Shown here in pieces: positions 50,578 to 60,382 of a stretch of DNA of 64,000 bases. The stretch is taken from assembly GCA_965140705.1 (NCBI GenBank), contig OZ223300.1:1856001-1920000 (forward strand), given 5' to 3'. Every line of letters begins with the position of its first letter. The first letter of the stretch is position 1. The DNA is from an uncultured Arcobacter sp. (GTDB lineage: Bacteria > Campylobacterota > Campylobacteria > Campylobacterales > Arcobacteraceae). The notes beneath the pieces were generated by a model. That model saw only the letters and a program-made list of their open reading frames with translations, was not told where the DNA came from and searched no databases. A program made the translations under genes and the position numbers.

Positions 50578-51452
50578 TCTACTTTTAAAAGCAATTTAAA
50601 AACCCTATTCCCTAATACTGAAATAAATAATCCCGACAATATCAAAATAGCACCAAGAGTTTCTATATGATTTAATTGCTCATTAAGCAAAATATTTGAA
50701 CCAATAATCCCAACAACAGGTATTGCTAAAGCAAAAGGAGTAACAACAGCAGAGTTATAATTTTTAAGTAACCATCCCCAAATAGCAAAAGCAACCAAAG
50801 TGGAAATATACCCAGTATATGCAACTGAAGCCCAAGTTTTAACACTAGAGTTTAACAATAAAGTTAATGGTTCATGTGACTCATAAAAATAAGAGAGTAT
50901 AAATAAAGGAAGTGGAGGAATCAAACTTACCCAAACCATAAAATGCAAAAGGTTTACATCTTTTATTTGTTTCATAATTACATTTGATACTGACCAAAAA
51001 ATTGAAGCACTTAATATTAAAACTATTCCTAGAAGAGTAATATTTGTATCAACTGTAAAAAAGAAAAATCCAAATCCAATAAGAGCTATTAACATACCTA
51101 TTGATTGTGATATTGTAACTTTTTCTTTAAAAATAATCATACTAAGAATTATTGTGAATATAACTTGCGCTTGTAAAAGTAGCGAAGAAATTCCTGCACT
51201 TGCATCTGCTTTCATGGCAATAAATAAAAACGAAAATTTTAAAACACCTAAAAACAGTCCCACTCCTAAAACATTCCAAATAGATGTTTTAGGAAAAGGT
51301 ATAAAAAATATAGCAGGAATAGCCACTATAAAAAATCTTAAAGATGAAAAAAGTATGGGAGGTAACTCTTCTAATCCAAACTTTATCACTGAGAAATTAA
51401 CTCCCCAAATTAAAACAACAATTAATGCTAATAAAATACTTTTTAAATTCAC
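50562..51452 (-). CDS. EamA-family exporter (O-acetylserine/cysteine exporter-like)
   Basis: WG.NF.VIK.GL...PP, W..LL..Y....V.PF. Confidence 0.87.
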   Translation of the reverse strand: MNLKSILLALIVVLIWGVNFSVIKFGLEELPPILFSSLRFFIVAIPAIFFIPFPKTSIWNVLGVGLFLGVLKFSFLFIAMKADASAGISSLLLQAQVIFTIILSMIIFKEKVTISQSIGMLIALIGFGFFFFTVDTNITLLGIVLILSASIFWSVSNVIMKQIKDVNLLHFMVWVSLIPPLPLFILSYFYESHEPLTLLLNSSVKTWASVAYTGYISTLVAFAIWGWLLKNYNSAVVTPFALAIPVVGIIGSNILLNEQLNHIETLGAILILSGLFISVLGNRVFKLLLKVEKRRV

Positions 51453-51512
51453 TTTCTCTCCCTAAAATGAGAATTATAGAAAATGAATTAAATTAAGTAT
51501 AGTAAAAAATTG

Positions 51513-52472
51513 CTATTTTAATCCATTAACTATATTTACTGGTTTTTTCCCATCTAATACTCTTTTTGCATTTAATGCAGCTTTTTGTCTCATCTCAAAA
51601 TAAGCTTTATCACTATAAAAAGCAGAATGTGGATTTATAATAAACCTACCATCAAGCCAACTCTCTTTTGCCTTCCAAGCATTTACCATCAAACCATCTT
51701 TTGGTGGTTCACTTGGAAGAACATCAAGATTTACACAATTTAAATGTCCAGATTTTAAAGGCTCATAAAAGACATCTAAATCTTTTACAATAGGTCCACG
51801 AGCTGTATTTACTATAGAAGAACCTTTTTTCATCTTAGAGATAAAGTTTTCATCAACTAAGGCATTTGTTTGGGCATTTAAAGGGCAATTTATAGAGATA
51901 ATATCACAAGTTTTAAGCAATTCATCCAAAGACTCAACTCTTTTTGCACCTAACATTTTTTCAGTTCCACTTGATAAATAAGGGTCATAAAAATATGTTT
52001 GAAATCTCAAAGCATTTGCTTTTAAAATAACACTTCCACCTATTCTTCCAGCACCTATGACTCCAAGTTTGTAATCACTAGTTCTTTTGATATTAGTAAA
52101 AGTATTAGCTTGCCAAGAACCATCTTTGTAATCTCTACATTGATAATCATATCTTGTAATTCCTCGAGCAATATTCATAATCATGGCAATTGCAGTATCA
52201 CTTACTTCTTCTGTTCCATAATCAGGAGTATTAGAAGCATAAATACCCTTTTGTTTGATATATTCCAAATCTTGAAACACATCATACCCAACCCCATATC
52301 TAACTAGTGCTTTTAGCTTTGGAAACTTATCAATAAACTCATTTGTTATTTTTTTATGCCAAACCATAAGAACTTCTACATCTTCATGTACTTCAGGTGA
52401 CAATTCATCACCTAAAACCTCTTTTTCTATATAAGGATCTGTTATCTTATCTGTTATAAATACTCTATTCAC
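51513..52472 (-). CDS. D-isomer 2-hydroxyacid dehydrogenase (CtBP-like)
   Basis: RYGVGYD, N.PDYG.EEV, GAGRIG, NTARG, PHSAFYS. Confidence 0.88.
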   Translation of the reverse strand: MNRVFITDKITDPYIEKEVLGDELSPEVHEDVEVLMVWHKKITNEFIDKFPKLKALVRYGVGYDVFQDLEYIKQKGIYASNTPDYGTEEVSDTAIAMIMNIARGITRYDYQCRDYKDGSWQANTFTNIKRTSDYKLGVIGAGRIGGSVILKANALRFQTYFYDPYLSSGTEKMLGAKRVESLDELLKTCDIISINCPLNAQTNALVDENFISKMKKGSSIVNTARGPIVKDLDVFYEPLKSGHLNCVNLDVLPSEPPKDGLMVNAWKAKESWLDGRFIINPHSAFYSDKAYFEMRQKAALNAKRVLDGKKPVNIVNGLK

Positions 52473-52594
52473 TTTTTCCCTTTATAATAATGTTCTAGAT
52501 AGAATACTATTTCATTTATTATAATCAGATAATATTTTGAAGTATACAGAGAAAAAAAAGCCTTGTCATTAACATAGGTTAATTTTGATATTAA

Positions 52595-52882
52595 TTATTT
52601 AAATTCTACTTCGATTAATACTATATCTTTATCTGTTGGATTAACAACATTGTGTTCAACACCTGCATCTCTGTAATAGCATTCTCCTGATTTTAAAATA
52701 ATACTTTTAAATCCTTCTCCATTATCCATAAGAAGTTCACAATCTTGCATTGGAACAATTACATAATCTCTTTCATGTTTATGCCAAAGAGTTTCACATT
52801 GTGCAGGAAAAAACAAATGGTTAACACAAGTACGTTCATTATTGATTTGTTCAGTTAATTTAAAAAGTGGTCGAGATGTCAT
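52595..52882 (-). CDS. Small cupin, BauB-like
   Basis: WH.H..DYV.VP and Y.R.AGVEHNV.N...EVE.K. Confidence 0.75.
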   Translation of the reverse strand: MTSRPLFKLTEQINNERTCVNHLFFPAQCETLWHKHERDYVIVPMQDCELLMDNGEGFKSIILKSGECYYRDAGVEHNVVNPTDKDIVLIEVEFK

Positions 52883-52902
52883 TTTTTTCCTTTAAATATA
52901 AT

Positions 52903-54201
52903 TTAGTTATAAGGTCTATTAAGCATATGTTTTCTAACCAATCGTCCATAAATTCCTTCAAATATTATTGATATGATAATAAAAGCAAAAAATATGATTA
53001 TAGATTGTTTATCTGTAAAAAAAGTATGTATAAGCAGAGTTAATAATGCCACAAAACTAATAAGACAAGAGATAGAAAGAATAATTTTATTAGCATTTAT
53101 TTTCTTATATAATTTAAATGCAGCAATATTTATAATAAAAAATATAAGTAAAAAACTAGCACTTCCTATTATTGCAATTTGCGATAAGTCAATACTATTT
53201 GCCAAAATTAAACTAAAAAAGGCAGTTACTAAAATACTTACACTAGGAATACTATTTTTCTCTTTATTAAGCTCTTTTGGAAGTTCACCTTCCATTGCAA
53301 GGATAAATCCTAATCGTCCATTTCCATAAATTGTTGCATTTATAGCTGAAAAAGTCGCTAATAGTGCAGCAATAGATACAATAGTAAAACCTATTTGTCC
53401 TAAAGCTGGCTTTGCAGCAACTGCCAAAGCATAATCTTTTGCTTTAAGCAATACACTCTCATCTACAGTTCCTACAGTAATATAAGCAATTAACATATAA
53501 AGAATAATTACTAAAATAACAGAACCATAAAAAGCTCTTGGTAAATTTGATTTTGGATTTTTTATATCCTCTGCTGCATTTGCAATAAGTTCAAACCCTT
53601 CATAAGCAACAAAAATAACCATTCCCGCAACTAAAATAGAAAAACTATCTTTCCAATTACTTGGATTGAACCTTTGTGTATCTACAAAGGAAACACTTGA
53701 AACAATAATAACTATTAATAATATTACTTTTATAATCACAATAATTGTTTCAGATTTACTTACAAACGAAGCACTAATTAGATTTATAATTAGAGGCAAA
53801 ATAATAGCTAAACTTATAAATAAATGTTTCATAAAAAATGTAGATTTATCTAAAAACAAAACTTCTGCATAAGAAGAAAAGGCAGTTGCATACAAAGAAA
53901 TAGTCACTAAATAACTTAACCAAAGTACAAAATTAACACTTCCAGATAAGAAATTATGTCCAAAAGCATTATCAATAAAACTTACAGTTCCACCTTTACT
54001 TTGGTATGTTACAGATAGTTTTGCATATGAATAAGATGTAAGTATTGCTACAAACCCAGCCAATAAAAAAGCTACAACACTAGCACCATGTGCTAAAGAT
54101 ACAGCTTCACCTAAAACAGCAAAGATACCCCCACCAACCATACCACCAACACCTATAGCAATAGCACCAAATAATCCAACACTTCTATTATTATCATTCA
54201 A
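52903..54201 (-). CDS. APC family amino acid permease
   Basis: GGMVGGGIF, F.AYEGFE...AE..KNP. Confidence 0.88.
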   Translation of the reverse strand: MNDNNRSVGLFGAIAIGVGGMVGGGIFAVLGEAVSLAHGASVVAFLLAGFVAILTSYSYAKLSVTYQSKGGTVSFIDNAFGHNFLSGSVNFVLWLSYLVTISLYATAFSSYAEVLFLDKSTFFMKHLFISLAIILPLIINLISASFVSKSETIIVIIKVILLIVIIVSSVSFVDTQRFNPSNWKDSFSILVAGMVIFVAYEGFELIANAAEDIKNPKSNLPRAFYGSVILVIILYMLIAYITVGTVDESVLLKAKDYALAVAAKPALGQIGFTIVSIAALLATFSAINATIYGNGRLGFILAMEGELPKELNKEKNSIPSVSILVTAFFSLILANSIDLSQIAIIGSASFLLIFFIINIAAFKLYKKINANKIILSISCLISFVALLTLLIHTFFTDKQSIIIFFAFIIISIIFEGIYGRLVRKHMLNRPYN

Positions 54202-54298
54202 TTGAAAGCCTTTTGTATTTATTATATTTTACTAAATTGTTTAATTTTTTATCCTTAATCTTTTTTTTGTTAAAATCAAAAAAATACAAGGAAATATT

Positions 54299-54691
54299 TT
54301 GAATAAACCAATTAATCTATTTACAGCAACTTTTATAGCAATAATAGCAGTTTATCTATTTGTATTAGGTGAGAATAAAACAATACAAATACTAAAAGAG
54401 GACTATTTGTATATTTTAAGTTTGATTCCTATTACTTTTGCCTTTTTTTACTTTAAATTTAAACTAAAAGATTATGAAATAATTAATTTCAATAAAAATA
54501 GTGATATCTCTTTAAAATCAACAATACTATTTTTTTTAGCATTTCAAGTTTATGATTATTATTCTGAAGGTGGATTTATTGGTATGATTTCACAATGGTT
54601 TATTTATTGGATCATGGGAATAATTGCTTTACTTTTGATGGAAACTATAAATTACTACAAAAATTATAAACTAATAAAAGAGGCTGATTAA
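54299..54691 (+). CDS. Hypothetical membrane protein
   Basis: 130-aa ORF with about four hydrophobic segments; AAGGA RBS. Confidence 0.65.
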   Translation: MNKPINLFTATFIAIIAVYLFVLGENKTIQILKEDYLYILSLIPITFAFFYFKFKLKDYEIINFNKNSDISLKSTILFFLAFQVYDYYSEGGFIGMISQWFIYWIMGIIALLLMETINYYKNYKLIKEAD

Positions 54692-54775
54692 TTTACTTTT
54701 AGAACTTAATTTCATATACTAAACAAAGAATTAATATTTATTGCATACAATATAACAAATATTAAAGGCAAAAAT

Positions 54776-56149
54776 ATGAAAAAGTTCGATTTAATAATAA
54801 TTGGAGCAGGAAGAGCAAGTAATTTAGCTGTAACTGCTGGAAAAGCTGGTAAAAAAGTAGCCATTATAGAAAAATCAGCATTAGGAGGAACTTGTCCAAA
54901 TAGAGGTTGTGTTCCTTCAAAATTACTTATTGGTTTTGCCCATGTGGCAAATGCAATTAAAGATTCAAATAGACACTTCATAGACTCTACGATAAATAAA
55001 ATTGACCTAGAAAAAATCTTTCAAGATACAAATGAATATATCTCAAAAGTTGATGAAAAATATAAACATAGATTTAATGAAAATGTAGAAGTTTTTAAAG
55101 GAACTGGCTCTTTTGTTTCTAATAATATAGTACAAGTAAATGAAGAGCAACTAACAGCGCCTAAAATAGTAATCGCAACGGGAACAAAGCCAAAAAAACC
55201 AGAGCATGAAAAAGCTTGGACTAGTGATGATATCTTTCCACTAAAAGGTAAAGTACCAAAATCAATTACAATAATTGGTTCTGGTTTTATTGCGTGTGAA
55301 TTAGCAGGCTTTTTTTCAGCTCTTGGAGTAGAAACAACATTACTAGCACGAAGCCAACGTATCTTAGGAAAAGAAGATTATGAGATACAAGAAGTATTTA
55401 AAAATGAGTTTAGTAAAAGAGTAAATATAGAGTTTAATACAAGTGCAAAAGATGTAGAATATAAAAATGAACACTTTTCAATGACATTAGAAAATAAAGA
55501 TGGTACAAATAAAATTCATACAAGTGAAGCTTTATTGTATGCAATAGGAAGAGAATCAAATACTTCAAGCTTAAATTTGAAAAATACTTCAATACAAACA
55601 ACAGAAAAAGGATACATAAAAAGAGATGAGTTTTTTGAAACAAGTGCAAAAGGAGTCTATGTAGTAGGAGAAGCAGCAGGAGTTTATATGCTCCAACATG
55701 CAGCATCTTATGAAGTAAATCACTTAGGTAAAATATTACTTGAAGATTGTAAAGAGCCTTTACACTTCAAATATATGCCCCATGCTGTTTTTACAGAACC
55801 TGAAATTGCAAGTGTAGGTATTACAGAACAAGAAATAAAAGAGAAAAATATAGAGTATCTAGCCACAACTACAAACTGGCTAGCTAGTGCAAAAGCCATG
55901 TCAACAAGAGTAAAATATCCAATAACAAAATTTATAACAAATCCAAAAACCTATGAAATATTAGGATGTCATATGATAGGTCCAGAGAGTTCAACTATGA
56001 TGCACCAAGTTTTAACTGTAATGCACATAAACAATGATATAAGACACCTAAAAGAGATGCTTTATATCCATCCAGCAATGAGTGAAGCCTTATTACCTGC
56101 TGCTGTTGAAGCAGTAAAAGCTGTTGAACATAACAATAAAGACAAATAA
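54776..56149 (+). CDS. Flavoprotein disulfide reductase (lipoamide dehydrogenase/mycothione reductase-like); island integration target
   Basis: GGTCPNRGCVPSK redox disulfide, GSGFIA, HPAMSE. Confidence 0.9.
   Translation: MKKFDLIIIGAGRASNLAVTAGKAGKKVAIIEKSALGGTCPNRGCVPSKLLIGFAHVANAIKDSNRHFIDSTINKIDLEKIFQDTNEYISKVDEKYKHRFNENVEVFKGTGSFVSNNIVQVNEEQLTAPKIVIATGTKPKKPEHEKAWTSDDIFPLKGKVPKSITIIGSGFIACELAGFFSALGVETTLLARSQRILGKEDYEIQEVFKNEFSKRVNIEFNTSAKDVEYKNEHFSMTLENKDGTNKIHTSEALLYAIGRESNTSSLNLKNTSIQTTEKGYIKRDEFFETSAKGVYVVGEAAGVYMLQHAASYEVNHLGKILLEDCKEPLHFKYMPHAVFTEPEIASVGITEQEIKEKNIEYLATTTNWLASAKAMSTRVKYPITKFITNPKTYEILGCHMIGPESSTMMHQVLTVMHINNDIRHLKEMLYIHPAMSEALLPAAVEAVKAVEHNNKDK
56042..56089 (+). 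repeat. attL-like direct repeat
   Basis: AGACACCTAAAAGAGATGCTTTATATCCATCCAGCaATGAGTGAAGCC; 47/48 identical to 60262-60309. Confidence 0.92.
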
Positions 56150-56210
56150 AAGTCTTATTTTTTTCATATTTTGTCACAAATTTGTCAGAAAATGTAAGTA
56201 AAAGACTTAA

Positions 56211-56241
56211 AAAAAGGGATAACATAAGTTATTCCCTTTTT
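56211..56241. terminator. Bidirectional terminator between reductase and integrase remnant
   Basis: AAAAAGGGATAAC-ATAA-GTTATTCCCTTTTT hairpin. Confidence 0.7.
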
Positions 56242-56243
56242 AT

Positions 56244-56476
56244 CTATATTTTTAAATTTTCTAGCTGTGATCTAATACCTTCTTGATCTACATTTCCAAA
56301 CTTCAAGTAGAAATTCTCTGTAGTAGAAATATTTGTATGTTCAAGACACTTTGAAACTGTCGCCAATGGTATTTCATACTCAACAGCAACACTAACAAAT
56401 AAATGTCTAGTATTATAAAGTAGTTAAACTCAATATTTAGACGCTCAAGCAAAGGTTTATAATAGGTATTTACAAT
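56244..56476 (-). pseudogene. Tyrosine integrase C-terminal remnant, frameshifted
   Basis: YKPLLERLNIEF /fs/ LYNTRHLFVS...IPLATVSKCLEHTNISTTENFYLK: box II RH..., L(G>E)H, catalytic Tyr; no start codon. Confidence 0.85.
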
Positions 56477-56578
56477 TTAAATTACTGATTATCACTATTT
56501 AAAATCAAAGTATAAAGCTAATTATGTAAATCATTATAATATAATTATGTCCCTATAAAAAACTAAAGGAAAAACTAA

Positions 56579-58057
56579 TTGCTATTTAATTCATACGAAT
56601 TTATATTTGTATTTTTACCCATAACATTTTTTGTTTACTTTTACCTAAATAGTAAAAGATTAACAGAAGCCTCAAAAGCTTTTTTAGTATTTAGTTCTTT
56701 ATTCTTCTATTCTTGGTGGAATATTGTTTATTTACCTTTAATACTTATAAGTATGCTCTTTAACTATGTAATAGGTAATACTTTATCAAGGATAAAAGAA
56801 GACAATAATAAAGGCTTGCATAACAAATTCTCAAAGAAATCCATTCTAATATTTGGAATAGTTTCTAATCTATCCTTATTAGCTTATTATAAATATGCGG
56901 ATTTCTTTATATCAAATTTTAATATTATAAGTGGTTCAAATGTAAATCTTTTACATATAGTATTACCTTTAGCAATATCTTTTTTTACGTTTCAACAGAT
57001 AGCTTATTTAGTTGATAGTTATAAAGCAGAAACAAAAGAATATGATTTTCTAAACTATGCTTTGTTTGTAACTTTCTTTCCTCAACTGATAGCAGGACCA
57101 ATCGTTCACCACAAAAAGATGATGCCACAATTTGCAAATATAAGAAACAAAGTTAAAAATTATAGAAATATTGCACTTGGACTTTTTATATTCTCAATAG
57201 GATTATTCAAAAAAGTAGTAATTGCTGATACCTTAGCAGTAGGTGCTAATACAGGATTTGATGTCGCTATAACTCTTAATCTATTTGAAGCATGGGCTAC
57301 ATCTTTATCTTATACTTTCCAACTTTACTTTGATTTCTCAGGATATACAGATATGGCAATAGGAATTGCTTTACTGTTTAATATTAAATTACCTATCAAC
57401 TTTAATAGTCCATATAAAGCATTATCTATTCAAGACTTTTGGAGAAGGTGGCATATTACTTTATCAAGATTTTTAAGAGATTATATTTATATTCCTTTAG
57501 GAGGGAATAAGAAAGGTAATTTTAGAACGTATTCTAACCTTATGGCTACATTTATAATAGGTGGTTTTTGGCATGGTGCTGGTTGGACATTTTTATTTTG
57601 GGGATTTCTTCATGGTTTAGCTCTATCTATTCATAGACTGTGGCAATCTCTTGGATTTAAGATGTGGACTTGGTTAGCTTGGTTTATTACTTTCAATTTC
57701 ATTAATATTACTTGGGTATTTTTTAGAGCTAAAGAATGGGATGATGTGGTTAAAGTTTTAGGATCTATGTTTAGTTTGGATAATGTTGTTTTACCTAATG
57801 CATTATCTTCAAAATTATCATTTTTATTATCATATGGTATCAAATTTGGAGGTTTTGTGGAAAATATAAAAACAGGTAACTTAATTATAAACTGGTTAAT
57901 CTTTAGTTTTATTTTGGTTTTATTTTTTAAAAATCTCAATGATCATAGTAAATACAAGTTTTCATTTATTTCTGCATTATTCATAGCAATAATAATATTA
58001 TTAGATTTTATTTATATGTTTAATGTAAATTCAGAATTTTTATATTTTAATTTTTAG
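56579..58057 (+). CDS. MBOAT O-acyltransferase (AlgI/PatA/DltB-like)
   Basis: LPLAISFFTFQ, FFPQLIAGPI, DFSGY.DMA, FWRRWHITLS, G.WHGA, FLYFNF. Confidence 0.93.
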   Translation: MLFNSYEFIFVFLPITFFVYFYLNSKRLTEASKAFLVFSSLFFYSWWNIVYLPLILISMLFNYVIGNTLSRIKEDNNKGLHNKFSKKSILIFGIVSNLSLLAYYKYADFFISNFNIISGSNVNLLHIVLPLAISFFTFQQIAYLVDSYKAETKEYDFLNYALFVTFFPQLIAGPIVHHKKMMPQFANIRNKVKNYRNIALGLFIFSIGLFKKVVIADTLAVGANTGFDVAITLNLFEAWATSLSYTFQLYFDFSGYTDMAIGIALLFNIKLPINFNSPYKALSIQDFWRRWHITLSRFLRDYIYIPLGGNKKGNFRTYSNLMATFIIGGFWHGAGWTFLFWGFLHGLALSIHRLWQSLGFKMWTWLAWFITFNFINITWVFFRAKEWDDVVKVLGSMFSLDNVVLPNALSSKLSFLLSYGIKFGGFVENIKTGNLIINWLIFSFILVLFFKNLNDHSKYKFSFISALFIAIIILLDFIYMFNVNSEFLYFNF

Positions 58058-58065
58058 GATTATTT

Positions 58066-59055
58066 ATGAATTACAAACTTTGGCTAAAGACTTTATTTAT
58101 TTCTTTTTTTAGTATCTTAATAATCTTTTTATATCTTATACATGACAAGTATCATAATAATGATCTTAATTCAAAGGAAAACCTTTTAAAATGTCATCCA
58201 GATATTATTTTTGCTGGAGATAGTAGGGCAGAAAGAAATCTTAATGTTAATCATGCTTTAAAAGTTTTAAATAAAAAAGAATGTAAAATTATAAATATTG
58301 CTATTAGTTCAGGTACTCCAACAATGATTGAAGATTTACTAAATAAATACCCTACAATATTTAGTAAAAGTAAATTAATAGTAAGTATTAGTCCTGTACA
58401 CTTAAATGATAATTCAAAATCAATTAATTATTTTACTCGTAGTATGATCTCGAAACTTACTTTTTTTGAACAAATCAAGACTTTTTTCCCTTTTGATATA
58501 AATACTTTATTGACACATTATTCTTTAAATTTTCAACAATTACAAATTAAAGACTATCTTTTTAAGAAAGAAAATAACAATCTTTCATTAAGTCTTAAAG
58601 ATAAAAATTTTGGTTTCTTTGGCGTTGACAGTGCACAAGCCTTTAATAACATAAAAACTGAAGATTGGTATAATAGTCCATTTTTTATAAACTATAAAGA
58701 TGGAGGTATAAAATATAAAATTATTGAAAATAGCCTAAAAAACTTAAAAAAGGGAGTTAAAAAATTATATGTTTATTCCGCACCATATGATGAATCAATT
58801 TTTAATGACAAAAAGGGAAGAAAACTCTATGATTTTGAGATATCATTTAAAGAAAAACTACAAAGAATATGCGAAGAAAACAATATAACATGTAAACAAT
58901 ATTTACATCTAGAAGAATTAGACCATTCTGATTTTTATGATGCTGCACATTTAAATGTTAAAGGGTCTAAAAAATTCACAACTATACTATTGAGAGATTT
59001 TGGACTAGTCCCAATGCCTGATAAAAACAATATAAAAAGGAGGAAGATTAAATAA
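58066..59055 (+). CDS. Membrane-anchored SGNH-like acyl-transfer partner (AlgJ/DltD-like)
   Basis: N-terminal anchor, GDSR block I, DFYDAAHLN..G block V; directly after MBOAT. Confidence 0.72.
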   Translation: MNYKLWLKTLFISFFSILIIFLYLIHDKYHNNDLNSKENLLKCHPDIIFAGDSRAERNLNVNHALKVLNKKECKIINIAISSGTPTMIEDLLNKYPTIFSKSKLIVSISPVHLNDNSKSINYFTRSMISKLTFFEQIKTFFPFDINTLLTHYSLNFQQLQIKDYLFKKENNNLSLSLKDKNFGFFGVDSAQAFNNIKTEDWYNSPFFINYKDGGIKYKIIENSLKNLKKGVKKLYVYSAPYDESIFNDKKGRKLYDFEISFKEKLQRICEENNITCKQYLHLEELDHSDFYDAAHLNVKGSKKFTTILLRDFGLVPMPDKNNIKRRKIK

Positions 59056-59976
59056 AAAAGATTATAAAAATAATTACCTTACTTTTTATAAGTATATATT
59101 TTATAAAAAATAGTCATTATATTAGTTACTTAAATGGAGATAAAGTTGTAATTGCAGTGGTAGGAGATAGTACAACTGCAGGATTTGGGGTAACGGGGGG
59201 GGCCTAAAAAATGGACTAATGGGTTAGCATATTGGTGTACAAATCAGTCTAGACATGAAAACCTAGAACCTTTATCCTCTGATGGAATAACTCCAAATCC
59301 TTTTTATATTAATACAAAAGGTTTTCCTACTTCTGAACAACAAAATAATCTAAACTTAGAAACTGCAGTGAGACTTTTAAAAACTAAGGTTCAATCCAAA
59401 AATGTTAATTCAAATATTTATAACTTTGGAGTAGCTGGATGGACGGCAAGAGATCATATTGATAATAAAACAATACAAAAAGTTGCTTCTCTTGTCGATA
59501 GACCAAATATTATATTTATTAATCTAGGTATTAATAGTGCTAAAAAAAACTTAAGCCAAGATCATGATTTAAGAATATTGATTGAGCAAGTTCTTTCCTA
59601 TAATATCCTTCCTGTTCTTATTAAACCAAATAATATTGGAGTAGCTGACAATTCTAAAGGTGTATGGAAATTGGATTCTTGCCCAGACAATTGGTATTTA
59701 ATGGATAATTGGCAAAATGTAAGAGATAATATTGAAGAAGTTGCAAAGGACTATAATTTACCAGTAATTGATTTAGGAAGTGACAATACATTGGGTGATA
59801 TTTCTTTACTTTATGATAGTTTTCATCCTTCAAAACTCGGACACAAAGCTATTTTTGTTATTTATAATACTTGGTTGGAAAAACATATTTTGATAAAAAT
59901 TCTAGGTTACAATATTGTAGTTGAAAATGATTATATATTAAATATAAGGAAATATTATCAATATTTAAAATTATGA
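59052..59976 (+). pseudogene. SGNH/GDSL hydrolase frameshifted at G8 tract (possibly phase-variable OFF state)
   Basis: N-part KKIIKIITLLF...VVGDSTTAG stops at TAA 59205-59207; deleting one G joins it to the frame with N.G.AG, GIN, DSFHP (307 aa). Confidence 0.8.
59195..59202 (+). repeat. G8 homopolymer tract
   Basis: taacGGGGGGGGcctaa; longest G run noticed in the window. Confidence 0.9.
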
Positions 59977-60261
59977 GTAGAAAATAAAAAAAGGAAATGA
60001 AATCATCTACTCTTTAAATCTGCAGTCCAACTCTAAAGTTAAGAGCTAACATTGTCTTTGTTCTATATTTATCTTTCTATGTTGAAATTATAAAATGGTC
60101 TAAACACCTATATCTAATTGATAAAGGAATTGTATTTTAAACAATTGGAAAGTATAAATCGTTGTTTTTCGATTTGAAATATAAAGAAAATTTCAAGAGG
60201 TACTGTCCTGACTTCTTCAAATAGGTTTCTATAGGCTTTATATCCATTACAGGATTACTCT

Positions 60262-60363
60262 AGACACCTAAAAGAGATGCTTTATATCCATCCAGCGATG
60301 AGTGAAGCCCTACTTCCAGTAGCTGTTACAGCTGTAAAAGAAATAGAAAAATATAATAAATAA
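60262..60363 (+). pseudogene. attR-like repeat plus displaced 3' end of the reductase gene
   Basis: Reads RHLKEMLYIHPAMSEALLPVAVTAVKEIEKYNK*, collinear with the 56042-56149 tail. Confidence 0.88.
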
Positions 60364-60382
60364 TCTATATTTTTCTATAAAG

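Larger units (their letters stand above)
56042..60309. mobile_element. Decayed integrative island (4,220 bp between repeat copies)
   Basis: Flanking 48-bp direct repeat, integrase remnant at left end, displaced target-gene tail at right end. Confidence 0.85.

Noticed and set aside
59980..60261. Right end of the island, with a short minus-strand ORF MDIKPIETYLKK...
   Set aside because: No recognisable motif or RBS; cannot support a gene call
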